Below are positions 14,384 to 22,447 of a stretch of DNA of 64,000 bases, piece after piece (position 1 is the first letter of the stretch; each line of letters begins with the position of its first letter). The stretch is from assembly GCA_036271975.1 (NCBI GenBank), contig DATAZP010000045.1, positions 18,018 to 82,017 of the forward strand, read 5' to 3'. The notes under the pieces are model-generated. The model did not search any database and was not told where the DNA came from. It was given only the letters and a program-made list of their open reading frames with translations. Both the position numbers and the translations under genes were made by a program. Origin of the DNA: Kofleriaceae bacterium. Lineage in GTDB: Bacteria; Myxococcota_A; Polyangia; Haliangiales; Haliangiaceae.

Positions 14384-16066
14384 TCACCGCTTCCAGGCGG
14401 CGCGGGCGATCACCTGCGGCTCGGGCGGCAAGTCCGCCACCGCGAGGAACCGAGCCGCCTCGGGGTGGTTCGGGCTGTAGGACTCCAGCGTCTCGGGCGG
14501 GATGGCCTGGTAGAGCAGCTCGACGTCGACCGTCGCGATGCCGGCCGGCACCGCGATCGTCACGGTGTCGCGCCCGGGCAGGAAGTCGCGGTCGCCGGCG
14601 ACGCCGATCGGCCGCGTGCGCGCGACGTCGCTGCCGGTCGGCGCGAAGCCGGCGGGCAGGATGCGGTCGTCCTTGGCGATCCGCGCCGTGCCGAGCAGCA
14701 GGTGCGTGCGGTGGCCGTCGGCGGCGATCGGGACCGCTTCCCACACCGCGACGTCATCGGCGCTCGCGACGCGATCGACGTGCCGCATCACGACGCCGCG
14801 CGCGTCGAGCCGCTTGCCGCCGGTGCCGACGATCGCGCCGGCGACCGCGCGCCCGGACTCGAGCACGACCGCGCCGTCGCCGCCGCGCGCCACGACGTGC
14901 AGCCACATCCGGCGCGTCGGATAGCCGGTCGGCAGCTTGTGCCCGGTCAGGTTCGTGACCGTGACGGCGACGCCGCCCGCCACCGGCGCGACGTCGAGCT
15001 TGGCGGCGGTGGTCAGGAACGCGGCGGTGTCGGCGGCGGCGTCGCCGAGCTGCTCGGGCGTCGCCGCGGCGCCGAGGCCATCGGTGTGCGCGGCGAGGCG
15101 CGCGAGCAGGTACGCGTTGCCGCCGCGGATCGCGTGCTGGCGGTAGCCGTCGCGCGCCGGCGAGGTCGGCGGGCGCGTCGCGAACGGCGTCGGCGCGTTC
15201 AGCGCCTCGAGGTGGCAGCCCTGGCAGGTCTCGCCGCCGTCCTGCGCGAACGCCGACGCGCGCCACTCGAGGTAGGTCGCCTGCTCGACGATGTCGTCGC
15301 CGGCGCTGCCCGCGCTGCCGTCGCTGCCCGCCGCGACCGCCGGCACGATGACCGTGTGGCAGCTCGCGCACAGCGCGCTGTCGTCGACGTGCGGCGACGA
15401 CACCACGGCCTGGTGGATCATCGCGCGCATCGCGTCGTCCGCCGGCGTGGGCTGCGCGCCGAACGACACCCGATCGAGCCGGTACGTGCCGAGGCCGTCG
15501 AGCGTGGCGTCCGAGCCGAGCCCGTCCGCCGCGAGCGCGTGGCAGCCCGCGCAGCCGACGCCCTCGCGCCCGAGCACGGCGGCCGGCGTCGTCGCGCGCT
15601 CGAGCTCTGCCAGCCCGAGCGTGCCGCCGGTCGCGCGCGCCTCCTGGAACCCGACCGGCGCGTGGCAGCGCACGCACAGCGCGGTCGCCGCGGCCTCGGT
15701 CGTGGTCGCCGGCACGTGCTCGAGCTCGCGCTGCAGCGCCGCGAGGTAGTACGGATCGCGCGCCGACAGCGCCATGATCGACGCGTCCGCCTGCGTGACC
15801 GGCGAGATGTCGCCGCCGCGCGCGTCGCGCATCGTCGCCGAGCCCGGCCCGTCGCCGGTGCCGCCGGTGTGACAGCGCGCGCACGCGCCGACGCTCGCGA
15901 ACCGCTCGGTCGACACCGCGGTCGACGGCGGCAGCCCCGAGCCGGTCCACTCGGTCGCGGCCGAGCCCGCCGAGCCCGCGCTCGGCTTCGCGGGGCCGAC
16001 CGCGGCCGGCCCCGAGCAGCCTACGAGAACAGCCGCGACAACCGCGGCAACGCGTCGATCGTCCAT
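14384..16066 (-). CDS. Multiheme c-type cytochrome lipoprotein (560 aa, five CxxCH motifs)
   Basis: This is the C-terminal part of track ORF 14384..16882, starting [19 protein letters not shown] (lipobox). Heme motifs: CARCH, CVRCH, CAGCH, CASCH, CQGCH. The C-terminal block is [18 protein letters not shown]. Confidence 0.75.
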   Translation of the reverse strand: MDDRRVAAVVAAVLVGCSGPAAVGPAKPSAGSAGSAATEWTGSGLPPSTAVSTERFASVGACARCHTGGTGDGPGSATMRDARGGDISPVTQADASIMALSARDPYYLAALQRELEHVPATTTEAAATALCVRCHAPVGFQEARATGGTLGLAELERATTPAAVLGREGVGCAGCHALAADGLGSDATLDGLGTYRLDRVSFGAQPTPADDAMRAMIHQAVVSSPHVDDSALCASCHTVIVPAVAAGSDGSAGSAGDDIVEQATYLEWRASAFAQDGGETCQGCHLEALNAPTPFATRPPTSPARDGYRQHAIRGGNAYLLARLAAHTDGLGAAATPEQLGDAAADTAAFLTTAAKLDVAPVAGGVAVTVTNLTGHKLPTGYPTRRMWLHVVARGGDGAVVLESGRAVAGAIVGTGGKRLDARGVVMRHVDRVASADDVAVWEAVPIAADGHRTHLLLGTARIAKDDRILPAGFAPTGSDVARTRPIGVAGDRDFLPGRDTVTIAVPAGIATVDVELLYQAIPPETLESYSPNHPEAARFLAVADLPPEPQVIARAAWKR

Positions 16067-16875
16067 GCGCCGTACCAGAATAGATCCTTGCCGCTCGCGC
16101 GCACGACCCGCGCGCCCGGTAAAGCGCGGGCGAGCTCCGCTTCGTCGGCGGCCGTGAACTCGTACGGCTCGTCGGGCAGCACGATCAGCTCGGCGCCGCG
16201 CGCGGCGACCTCGTCGAGCGTGACCCGCGGATAGCGGACGTCGCGGCCCGCGGCGTCGCGCGCCTCGCCCTTGCCGAGGTCGGCGGCGAGCGGATACAGG
16301 CGCAGGCGGTCGCCGAACGCGTTCGCGACGCCGGCATGCGCCAGCACGTCGCTGCCGAACGTGTCCGCGTTGAGCGTCATCCACGGATCCTTCCAGATCG
16401 GGACGAACGCGCGCAGCCGCGGCTCGGGCGCCGCGGTCGGAACGGCGTAGGCGCGCCGCACCAGCTCGCCGGCCACCGGGTCGCCGGGCGCGAGCGCGCG
16501 CGCGAGCCGCGCGACGTGCGCCAGGCCGTCGCCGACCCGGCGCGGCAGCGACACCAGCACGGGCACGCGCGCCGCCGCGAGCGCCTCGAGCGCCGCGCGC
16601 GTGTTCTCCTCCTGGTTGCCGATGACGAGGTCGGGCTCGAGCGCCAGCACCGCGTCGACGTCGATGTCCTTGGTGCCGCCGACCTCCGCCACGTCCGAGT
16701 CGGTGCGGAGGACGTCGCAGTAGCGCGTGCGCCCGACCAGCCGCGCCCCGGCGCCGAGCGCGCGCACGGTGTACGTGTCGCTCGGGACCAGCGACACGAT
16801 CCGCTGCGGCGGCCGGCCGAGCAGCAGCTCGCGGCCGAGATCGTCGCGGACCCGGGTCATCACTTCGCGGCGCAT
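16021..16875 (-). CDS. TroA/BtuF-like binding protein (helical-backbone metal/cobalamin receptor fold), no obvious signal peptide
   Basis: This is the C-terminal 284 aa of track ORF 16021..17352: RIVSLVPSDTYTVRALGAGARLVGRTRYC...VGGTKDIDVDAVLALEPDLVIGNQEEN...VLPDEPYEF. An alternative ATG lies at 16860. The 3' end overlaps the cytochrome gene start by 46 nt. Confidence 0.6.
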   Translation of the reverse strand: MRREVMTRVRDDLGRELLLGRPPQRIVSLVPSDTYTVRALGAGARLVGRTRYCDVLRTDSDVAEVGGTKDIDVDAVLALEPDLVIGNQEENTRAALEALAAARVPVLVSLPRRVGDGLAHVARLARALAPGDPVAGELVRRAYAVPTAAPEPRLRAFVPIWKDPWMTLNADTFGSDVLAHAGVANAFGDRLRLYPLAADLGKGEARDAAGRDVRYPRVTLDEVAARGAELIVLPDEPYEFTAADEAELARALPGARVVRASGKDLFWYGAWTIDALPRLSRLFS

Positions 16876-16890
16876 GGTACATCCCAGCCG

Positions 16891-17244
16891 ATGGCGAAGC
16901 AGCCGGACGAAGACCCGCTCGTCTCCGCGGCGTTCGACAAGGACAAGCACGCCGATCTCGCCGAGGCCGTGCAGCAGCTGTCGCCCGAGGAGGCGCAGTT
17001 CTTCCTCGACAAGCTCGAGCGCGCGCTCAAGCGGCGGCGCCTGCTGCTGGTCGGCTACCTGGTCGCGATGCTCGCGTGGGCGACCGGCATGCTGATCGCG
17101 TTCGGCGCGTCCGTGGTCGCCGACAAGGACACGTTCATCGCGTGGGTGTTCGTCGTACCGTTCGGGGTCGTCGGTGTGATCCTCTACATCTTCGGGCGGT
17201 GGGCGGATCGCGTCGGCGGCAAGTTGCCCGCGAAAAAGCGGTAG
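16891..17244 (+). CDS. Small membrane protein, two predicted TM helices (117 aa), unknown function
   Basis: This is the C-terminal part of track ORF 16336..17244, from the ATG at 16891: MAKQPDEDPLVSAAFDKDKH...LLLVGYLVAMLAWATGMLIAFG...FIAWVFVVPFGVVGVILYIFG. Composition is normal, in contrast to the Arg-rich upstream part of the ORF. Confidence 0.5.
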   Translation: MAKQPDEDPLVSAAFDKDKHADLAEAVQQLSPEEAQFFLDKLERALKRRRLLLVGYLVAMLAWATGMLIAFGASVVADKDTFIAWVFVVPFGVVGVILYIFGRWADRVGGKLPAKKR

Positions 17245-17254
17245 GATCGGCGCC

Positions 17255-18589
17255 ATGAAGCGCACCGCCGTGGTCTCGCTGTGGGTCGCTGCGGTCGGGT
17301 TGTCCGCGGCGTCGTGCGGCAACAAGAAGCCCGCGGCCAACAAGGACGCCAAACAGAGCGACGGCGGCAGCGGCAGCTCGGCGCCGATCGACGCGCCGGT
17401 CGTCGACGGTCAGACGCCGGTCGCCGCGTGCACCGCGGTCCACGGCACGACCATCTCGTATCGCCAGATCGGCCAGGTCACGGGCAGCGCGGTGCTCGCG
17501 ACGTCGCCGCCCAACGACGGCCGGCTGTTCGTGATCGAGCAGGCCGGCCGCATCCGCGTGCTCGACGCGAACGACAACCTGCTGCCGACGCCGTTCCTCG
17601 ACATCAGCGCGAACAACAACGGGCCGGTCGTCGCCGGCGGCGAGCAAGGCCTGCTCGGGCTCGCGTTCGACCCCGCCTACGCGACGAACCACACGTTCTA
17701 CGTCGACTACACGGCCGACAACCCGGTGTCGGGCGGCGATCCGTACGTCGACGTCGTGTTCCAGTACAAGACGAGCGCGAGCGATCCCAACGTCGCCGAC
17801 CCGACGTCGGCCAAGCAGATCCTGTCGATCGCCGACTACGCCACGAACCATAACGCCGGCATGATCGAGTTCGGCAGCGACGGCGACCTCTACATCACGA
17901 CCGGCGACGGCGGCGCCGCCGGTGACCCCCGCCGCAACGCGCAGAACCCGAGCGCGCTGCTCGGCAAGATGCTGCGCCTCGACGTCGATCACCCGGCGGC
18001 CGGCAGCGCGTACGGCATCCCGGCGGACAACCCGTTCGCGGCCGGCGGCGGCGCACCCGAGGTCTACATGCTCGGCCTGCGCAACCCGTGGCGGTGGAGC
18101 TTCGACCGCGGGAACGGCGACATGTGGATCGGCGACGTCGGCCAGGACGTCACCGAGGAGCTCGACTACCTGCCGGCCGGTCACCAGCTCGGTACGAACC
18201 TCGGCTGGAGCGCGTACGAGGCGAACGCGTGCTGCGCGACGCAGGGCGGCGCGTGCGATCAGACCGGCTCGCAGCAGGCGTGCGACACGACGGCGAAGTT
18301 CTTCCCGCAGGTCGTGCGCTCGCACGCCGGCGACGGCTGGAACGCGATCATCGGCGGCCAGGTCTATCGCGGGCCGTGCTACCCGGACCTCACCGGCATC
18401 TACTTCTTCACCGACAACGGGCACCACGGCCTCAGCGAGGCGACGGTCGGCAGCGACGGCGGCGTCACCGCGACCGACCTGCCGGGCACGTGGCCGAGCA
18501 GCCCGGCGTCGCTGCACGCGGACGCGCGCGGCGAGCTCTACCTGACGACCACGACCGGCGCGGTCTATCACCTCGAGGCCGGCCCCTGA
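17255..18589 (+). CDS. PQQ-dependent sugar (glucose/sorbosone) dehydrogenase-family lipoprotein, paralog 1 (444 aa)
   Basis: Lipobox LSAASC. Family blocks: DGRLFVIEQAGRI, GEQGLLGLAFDP, NHNAGMIEFGSDGDLYITTGDGG, GKMLRLDV, GLRNPWRWSFD. Confidence 0.8.
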   Translation: MKRTAVVSLWVAAVGLSAASCGNKKPAANKDAKQSDGGSGSSAPIDAPVVDGQTPVAACTAVHGTTISYRQIGQVTGSAVLATSPPNDGRLFVIEQAGRIRVLDANDNLLPTPFLDISANNNGPVVAGGEQGLLGLAFDPAYATNHTFYVDYTADNPVSGGDPYVDVVFQYKTSASDPNVADPTSAKQILSIADYATNHNAGMIEFGSDGDLYITTGDGGAAGDPRRNAQNPSALLGKMLRLDVDHPAAGSAYGIPADNPFAAGGGAPEVYMLGLRNPWRWSFDRGNGDMWIGDVGQDVTEELDYLPAGHQLGTNLGWSAYEANACCATQGGACDQTGSQQACDTTAKFFPQVVRSHAGDGWNAIIGGQVYRGPCYPDLTGIYFFTDNGHHGLSEATVGSDGGVTATDLPGTWPSSPASLHADARGELYLTTTTGAVYHLEAGP

Positions 18590-19479
18590 GCACGGCGGTC
18601 CCTGCGAGCCGCCGCGTCGCGCTCGCGACGGGGCTCACCTATCACGTGCTCGAGTGGGCCGCGTCCGCCAGCGACGCGCCGTACGTGTTCGTGCTGGTGC
18701 ACGGGTTCTCCGACCTCGCGCACGCGTGGCAGCCGGTCGCGCAGCGGCTCGCGGCGCACGGGCGTGTCGTCGCGCCGGATCTGCGCGGGCACGGCGACAG
18801 CGACTGGATCGGCGGCGGCGGCTACTACCACTTCCTCGACTACATCGCGGATCTCGACGAGGTGATCGCGCGCTGCGCGGGCGGCGACGCCGCGAAGGTC
18901 GTGGTCGTCGGGCACTCGATGGGCGGCAGCGTGTCGGCGTACTGGGCCGGCATGCGGCCGAGCAAGCTGCACGCGCTCGTGCTGATCGAGGGGCTCGGCC
19001 CGCCGGACGCGTCGCATACCGACGTCGCGGCGCGGATGACGTCGTGGCTCGACGCGTGGCGCGGCGCGCGGGCCAAGGCGCGCGTGATGGCGTCGGTCGA
19101 CGAGGCCGCGCAGCGGTTGCGCCGCTACGACGCGATGCTCGACGACGCCGAGGCGCGGCGGCTGGCGGCGGTCGGCACGCAGGCGCTCGACGGCGGCGGC
19201 GTGGTGTGGAAGCTCGACCCGCTGCACCACACGATGGGCCCCTACCCGTTCCGGCTCGACGTCGCGCAGTCGTTCTGGCGGCGCGTGACGTGCCCGGTGC
19301 TGTGCATCGACGGCGCCGACTCGCGGATGAACCTCGCCGGCGACGAGCGCGCCCGCCGCCGCGCCTGCTTCGCGTCCGCGCGCGACGTCACGGTCGCCGG
19401 CGCCGGCCACGCCGTCCCGCGCCACGCGCCCGATGCCGTGGCGCGGCTGATCGTCGACCACGCTACGTCCGCACCGTGA
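18586..19479 (+). CDS. Alpha/beta-fold hydrolase (~297 aa); start codon unresolved
   Basis: FVLVHGFSDLAHAW, APDLRGHGDS, the GHSMGG nucleophile elbow, and a C-terminal GHAVPRHAP. There is no ATG/GTG/TTG between the upstream stop and the conserved core. The only NTG is CTG at 18586, overlapping the upstream TGA (CTGA). A GTG at 18490 would add an Arg-rich extension. Confidence 0.7.
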   Translation: MSTAVPASRRVALATGLTYHVLEWAASASDAPYVFVLVHGFSDLAHAWQPVAQRLAAHGRVVAPDLRGHGDSDWIGGGGYYHFLDYIADLDEVIARCAGGDAAKVVVVGHSMGGSVSAYWAGMRPSKLHALVLIEGLGPPDASHTDVAARMTSWLDAWRGARAKARVMASVDEAAQRLRRYDAMLDDAEARRLAAVGTQALDGGGVVWKLDPLHHTMGPYPFRLDVAQSFWRRVTCPVLCIDGADSRMNLAGDERARRRACFASARDVTVAGAGHAVPRHAPDAVARLIVDHATSAP

Positions 19480-19496
19480 CGCGCTACCATCGAAGG

Positions 19497-20849
19497 ATGC
19501 GCGTCTCGGTCATGGCGACGCTCGCGCTGGCGGGCGCGCTCGCGTTGGCGTTGGCGTTGGCGTGCGGCAAGAAGCCCGCACCGGCCACGAAAGACGACGG
19601 GCCGCCGCCGCCCGGTGACACGCAGCCGCGCGACGCGGCCGCCTCCGAGCCGACGATCGACGCTGCCCCCGCCGAGCCTCTCGCGTCGTGCACGCCGACC
19701 GCGGGCTCCAACGTGTCGCTCGTCCAGATCGCCAAGATCCCGCAACAGTCGCTCGTGCTCGCGACGTCGCCGCCGTTCGACGGCCGGCTGTTCGTCGTCG
19801 AGCAGTCGGGCCGCATCGCGATCATCGACCACACCGGAAAGGTGTTGCCGACGGCGTTCCTCGACCTCCGAGACGACATCGGCGGCCCGGTCCTGGCCGG
19901 CGGCGAGCTCGGCCTGCTCGGCCTCGCCTTCGACCCGGCGTACAACGACAACCATCAGTTCTACGTCTACTACACGGCGGCCGCGGCCGGCTCCGGTGAT
20001 CCGTATGTCGACGTCGTCGCGCGCTACACGACGTCCGGCAGCGACGCGAACGTGGCCGACCCGGCGACCGCGACGACGATCCTCGCGATCCCCGACTACG
20101 CCACCAACCACAACGGCGGGATGTTGGAGTTCGGCTCCGACCACGACCTCTACATCGGTACCGGCGACGGCGGCAGCGAAGGCGACCCACGCCGGAACGG
20201 ACAGAACCCGAACGCGCTCCTCGGCAAGATGCTCCGGATCGACGTCCACGCACCCGCCGGCGGCAAACCGTACGGCATCCCATCCGACAACCCGTACGCG
20301 AACAGCGGTGGAGCGCCCGAGATCTACATGATCGGCCTGCGCAACCCGTGGCGCTGGAGCTTCGACCGGGCGAACGGCGACATGTGGATCGGTGAGGTCG
20401 GCGCCGGCGTGACCGAGGAGCTCGACTACCTGCCCGCCGGCCACCAGCTCGGAGCGAACCTCGGCTGGAGCGAGTTCGAGGGCAGCGACTGTTGCAGCAC
20501 CGAAGCGAATCACTGCCAGGCGCAGGTCCCGATCACGACCTGCGACCCGACGGGCAAGGTGTTCCCACAGGTCACGCGCTCGCACGCCACCGACAACTGG
20601 GACTCGATCATCGGCGGGCAGGTCTATCGCGGGCCGTGCTTCCCGGATCTGACGGGCACCTACTTCTTCACGGACAACGGCTTCCACGGGCTCAGCGAGG
20701 CCCGCGTCGGCAGCGACGGTTCGGTGACGGCGGTCGACCTGCCGGGGACCTGGCCGCAGAGCCCGGCGTCGATCCACGCCGACGCGCGCGGCGAGCTCTA
20801 CCTGACGACGACGACCGGCCTCGTGTTCCACGTCGTGGCGGGGCCGTGA
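19497..20849 (+). CDS. PQQ-dependent sugar dehydrogenase-family lipoprotein, paralog 2 (450 aa)
   Basis: ATG at 19497 preceded by GAAGGA. Lipobox LALAC. It carries the same blocks as 17255..18589 (DGRLFVVEQSGRI, GELGLLGLAFDP, NHNGGMLEFGSDHDLYIGTGDGG, GKMLRIDV, GLRNPWRWSFD). Confidence 0.8.
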   Translation: MRVSVMATLALAGALALALALACGKKPAPATKDDGPPPPGDTQPRDAAASEPTIDAAPAEPLASCTPTAGSNVSLVQIAKIPQQSLVLATSPPFDGRLFVVEQSGRIAIIDHTGKVLPTAFLDLRDDIGGPVLAGGELGLLGLAFDPAYNDNHQFYVYYTAAAAGSGDPYVDVVARYTTSGSDANVADPATATTILAIPDYATNHNGGMLEFGSDHDLYIGTGDGGSEGDPRRNGQNPNALLGKMLRIDVHAPAGGKPYGIPSDNPYANSGGAPEIYMIGLRNPWRWSFDRANGDMWIGEVGAGVTEELDYLPAGHQLGANLGWSEFEGSDCCSTEANHCQAQVPITTCDPTGKVFPQVTRSHATDNWDSIIGGQVYRGPCFPDLTGTYFFTDNGFHGLSEARVGSDGSVTAVDLPGTWPQSPASIHADARGELYLTTTTGLVFHVVAGP

Positions 20850-20932
20850 GGTCCGCACACGACAAGTTGCAGTGACGCCGGCTCGGCGCCGCGCGCGCGC
20901 GTGATCCTGCGGAGCTGCGCGCGGCCGGAGGC

Positions 20933-22447
20933 TTGCAGCAGCGGCCGGCGATGCTGGCATGCTGGGTGATCGCCACGACGGCCGGGCTCGATGTCGGTCA
21001 GGTCGTGCAGCACGGCGCCGTCCGCGACGACTCGGCGCTCGTCGCCACGACGGACGTCGACTGGGTGCGCGTCAACTTCCGCCTCGACGACTTCCCCGCG
21101 CTCGACGACGCGTGGTTCGCGGCGTACGACCAGGTCGTCGACGCGTACCTCGCGCGCGGCATCGCGGTCTACGGCCTCGTGAACGACGAGGCCGTCGCCA
21201 CCGCGGCGCCGCTCGGCAGCGCCGACTGGATCGCCGCGTACGTCGAGGCCGCGACCGCGATCGTCGACCACTTCAAGGACCGCGTGCGCGTCTACGAGCT
21301 CGTCAACGAGCCGAACGACTACGCGGGCGGCACGTCGGCGCGGCTGCCGGCGGCGCAGTTCGCCGACACGCTCGCGCAGACCTACGCCGCCGTGAAGACC
21401 GCGCACGCCGACGACGCGTGCTGGCAGGTCGACCTGGTGTCGGGGCCGCTGCTGTCGTTCGACGGCACGAGCGCCGCCGACTACCTGCAGGCGACGTTCG
21501 ACGCGTGGGGGCCGCAGGCGAGCTATCCGCTCGATGGCGTCGGCTATCACCTCTACGTCGCGCAGGGCGCGGACTCGAGCGACGGCGACGTCGCGACGAG
21601 CATGGCCGCGAACCTCGACGCGACGCGCGCGGTCGTCGCGGGCGCCGGCGGCGCGCAGCCGTTCTGGGTCAGCGAGTACGGCTGGCGCGACGACGCGGTC
21701 GGCGACGCCGACCAGGCGGCGCGCATGCAGGTCGGCTTCGACACCCTGGCCGCGCGCGGCGACGTCGCGGCGGCGGTGTGGTTCACCGAGCAGGACTTCC
21801 CCGACAACGCGTGGGGCGTGTTCGACGCGGCCGGCGCGCGGCGCCCGAGCGCGGACCAGCTCGCGGCGATCGCGGCGGCGAACCGGCCGGCGCTCGACGC
21901 GCGCGTGGTGAGCGTCGCCGCGCCGGCGGCGATGACCGCGGGCGCGACCGGCGACGTGGTGGTGACCGTCGCCAACCGCGGCGCGACCGCGTGGCTCGCG
22001 GGCGACGACATCCGGCTCGGCGCGGCGGCGGGCTGCCCGGACGCGACGGTGGCGAACGTGGTGACCTGGCAGCCGGCGGACGGCGCCGGCTACGCGTCCG
22101 GCGTCGCCGACGCGCGCGTGCTGCTCGCGAGCGACGTCGCGCCCGGCGCGCAGGTCGCCATCGACGTGCCGGTGCGCGCGCCCGACGAGCCGGGGACGTA
22201 CGAGTTCGGCGCCCGCATGGTCGACGACGGCGTCGCGTGGTTCGGCGGGACGGCCAGCGCGGCGATCGTGGTCGCCGCGGCGGACGGAGACCGAGACGGA
22301 GACGGAGACAGTGACAGTGACAGTGCGCCGAGCGGCGGCGGCGTGGTCGGCGGCTGCTCGACCGGCGGCGACGGTAGCGGCGCCGCGCTCGGCCTCGCGC
22401 TCGCGGCCATCGTCGCGCGCCGGCGCGCTACTTCACGGGCGGGATGA
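20933..22447 (+). CDS. Clan GH-A-like glycoside hydrolase + NBR1-like Ig domain + MYXO-CTERM-like sorting tail (504 aa)
   Basis: YELVNEPN (acid/base Glu) and FWVSEYGW (nucleophile Glu). The Ig-like region includes APDEPGTYEFGARMVDDGVAWFG. A GD/SD spacer follows. The tail GGCSTGGDGSGAALGLALAAIVARRR matches the MYXO-CTERM pattern. Start is TTG 20933 or ATG 20951. Confidence 0.7.
   Translation: MQQRPAMLACWVIATTAGLDVGQVVQHGAVRDDSALVATTDVDWVRVNFRLDDFPALDDAWFAAYDQVVDAYLARGIAVYGLVNDEAVATAAPLGSADWIAAYVEAATAIVDHFKDRVRVYELVNEPNDYAGGTSARLPAAQFADTLAQTYAAVKTAHADDACWQVDLVSGPLLSFDGTSAADYLQATFDAWGPQASYPLDGVGYHLYVAQGADSSDGDVATSMAANLDATRAVVAGAGGAQPFWVSEYGWRDDAVGDADQAARMQVGFDTLAARGDVAAAVWFTEQDFPDNAWGVFDAAGARRPSADQLAAIAAANRPALDARVVSVAAPAAMTAGATGDVVVTVANRGATAWLAGDDIRLGAAAGCPDATVANVVTWQPADGAGYASGVADARVLLASDVAPGAQVAIDVPVRAPDEPGTYEFGARMVDDGVAWFGGTASAAIVVAAADGDRDGDGDSDSDSAPSGGGVVGGCSTGGDGSGAALGLALAAIVARRRATSRAG
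22283..22324. repeat. Imperfect 6-nt tandem repeat (GACRGW)n encoding a (GD)/(SD) spacer inside the GH gene
   Basis: The sequence gacggagaccgagacggagacggagacagtgacagtgacagt was read directly; it encodes DGDRDGDGDSDSDS. Confidence 0.7.

Noticed and set aside
20923-20939. Sigma-54-like motif GGCCGG-N4-TTGCA upstream of or within the GH gene start.
   Set aside because: It has three mismatches in the -24 element, and the TTGCA overlaps the candidate TTG start codon. The leader would be essentially absent. It is much weaker than the site at 61015-61030.
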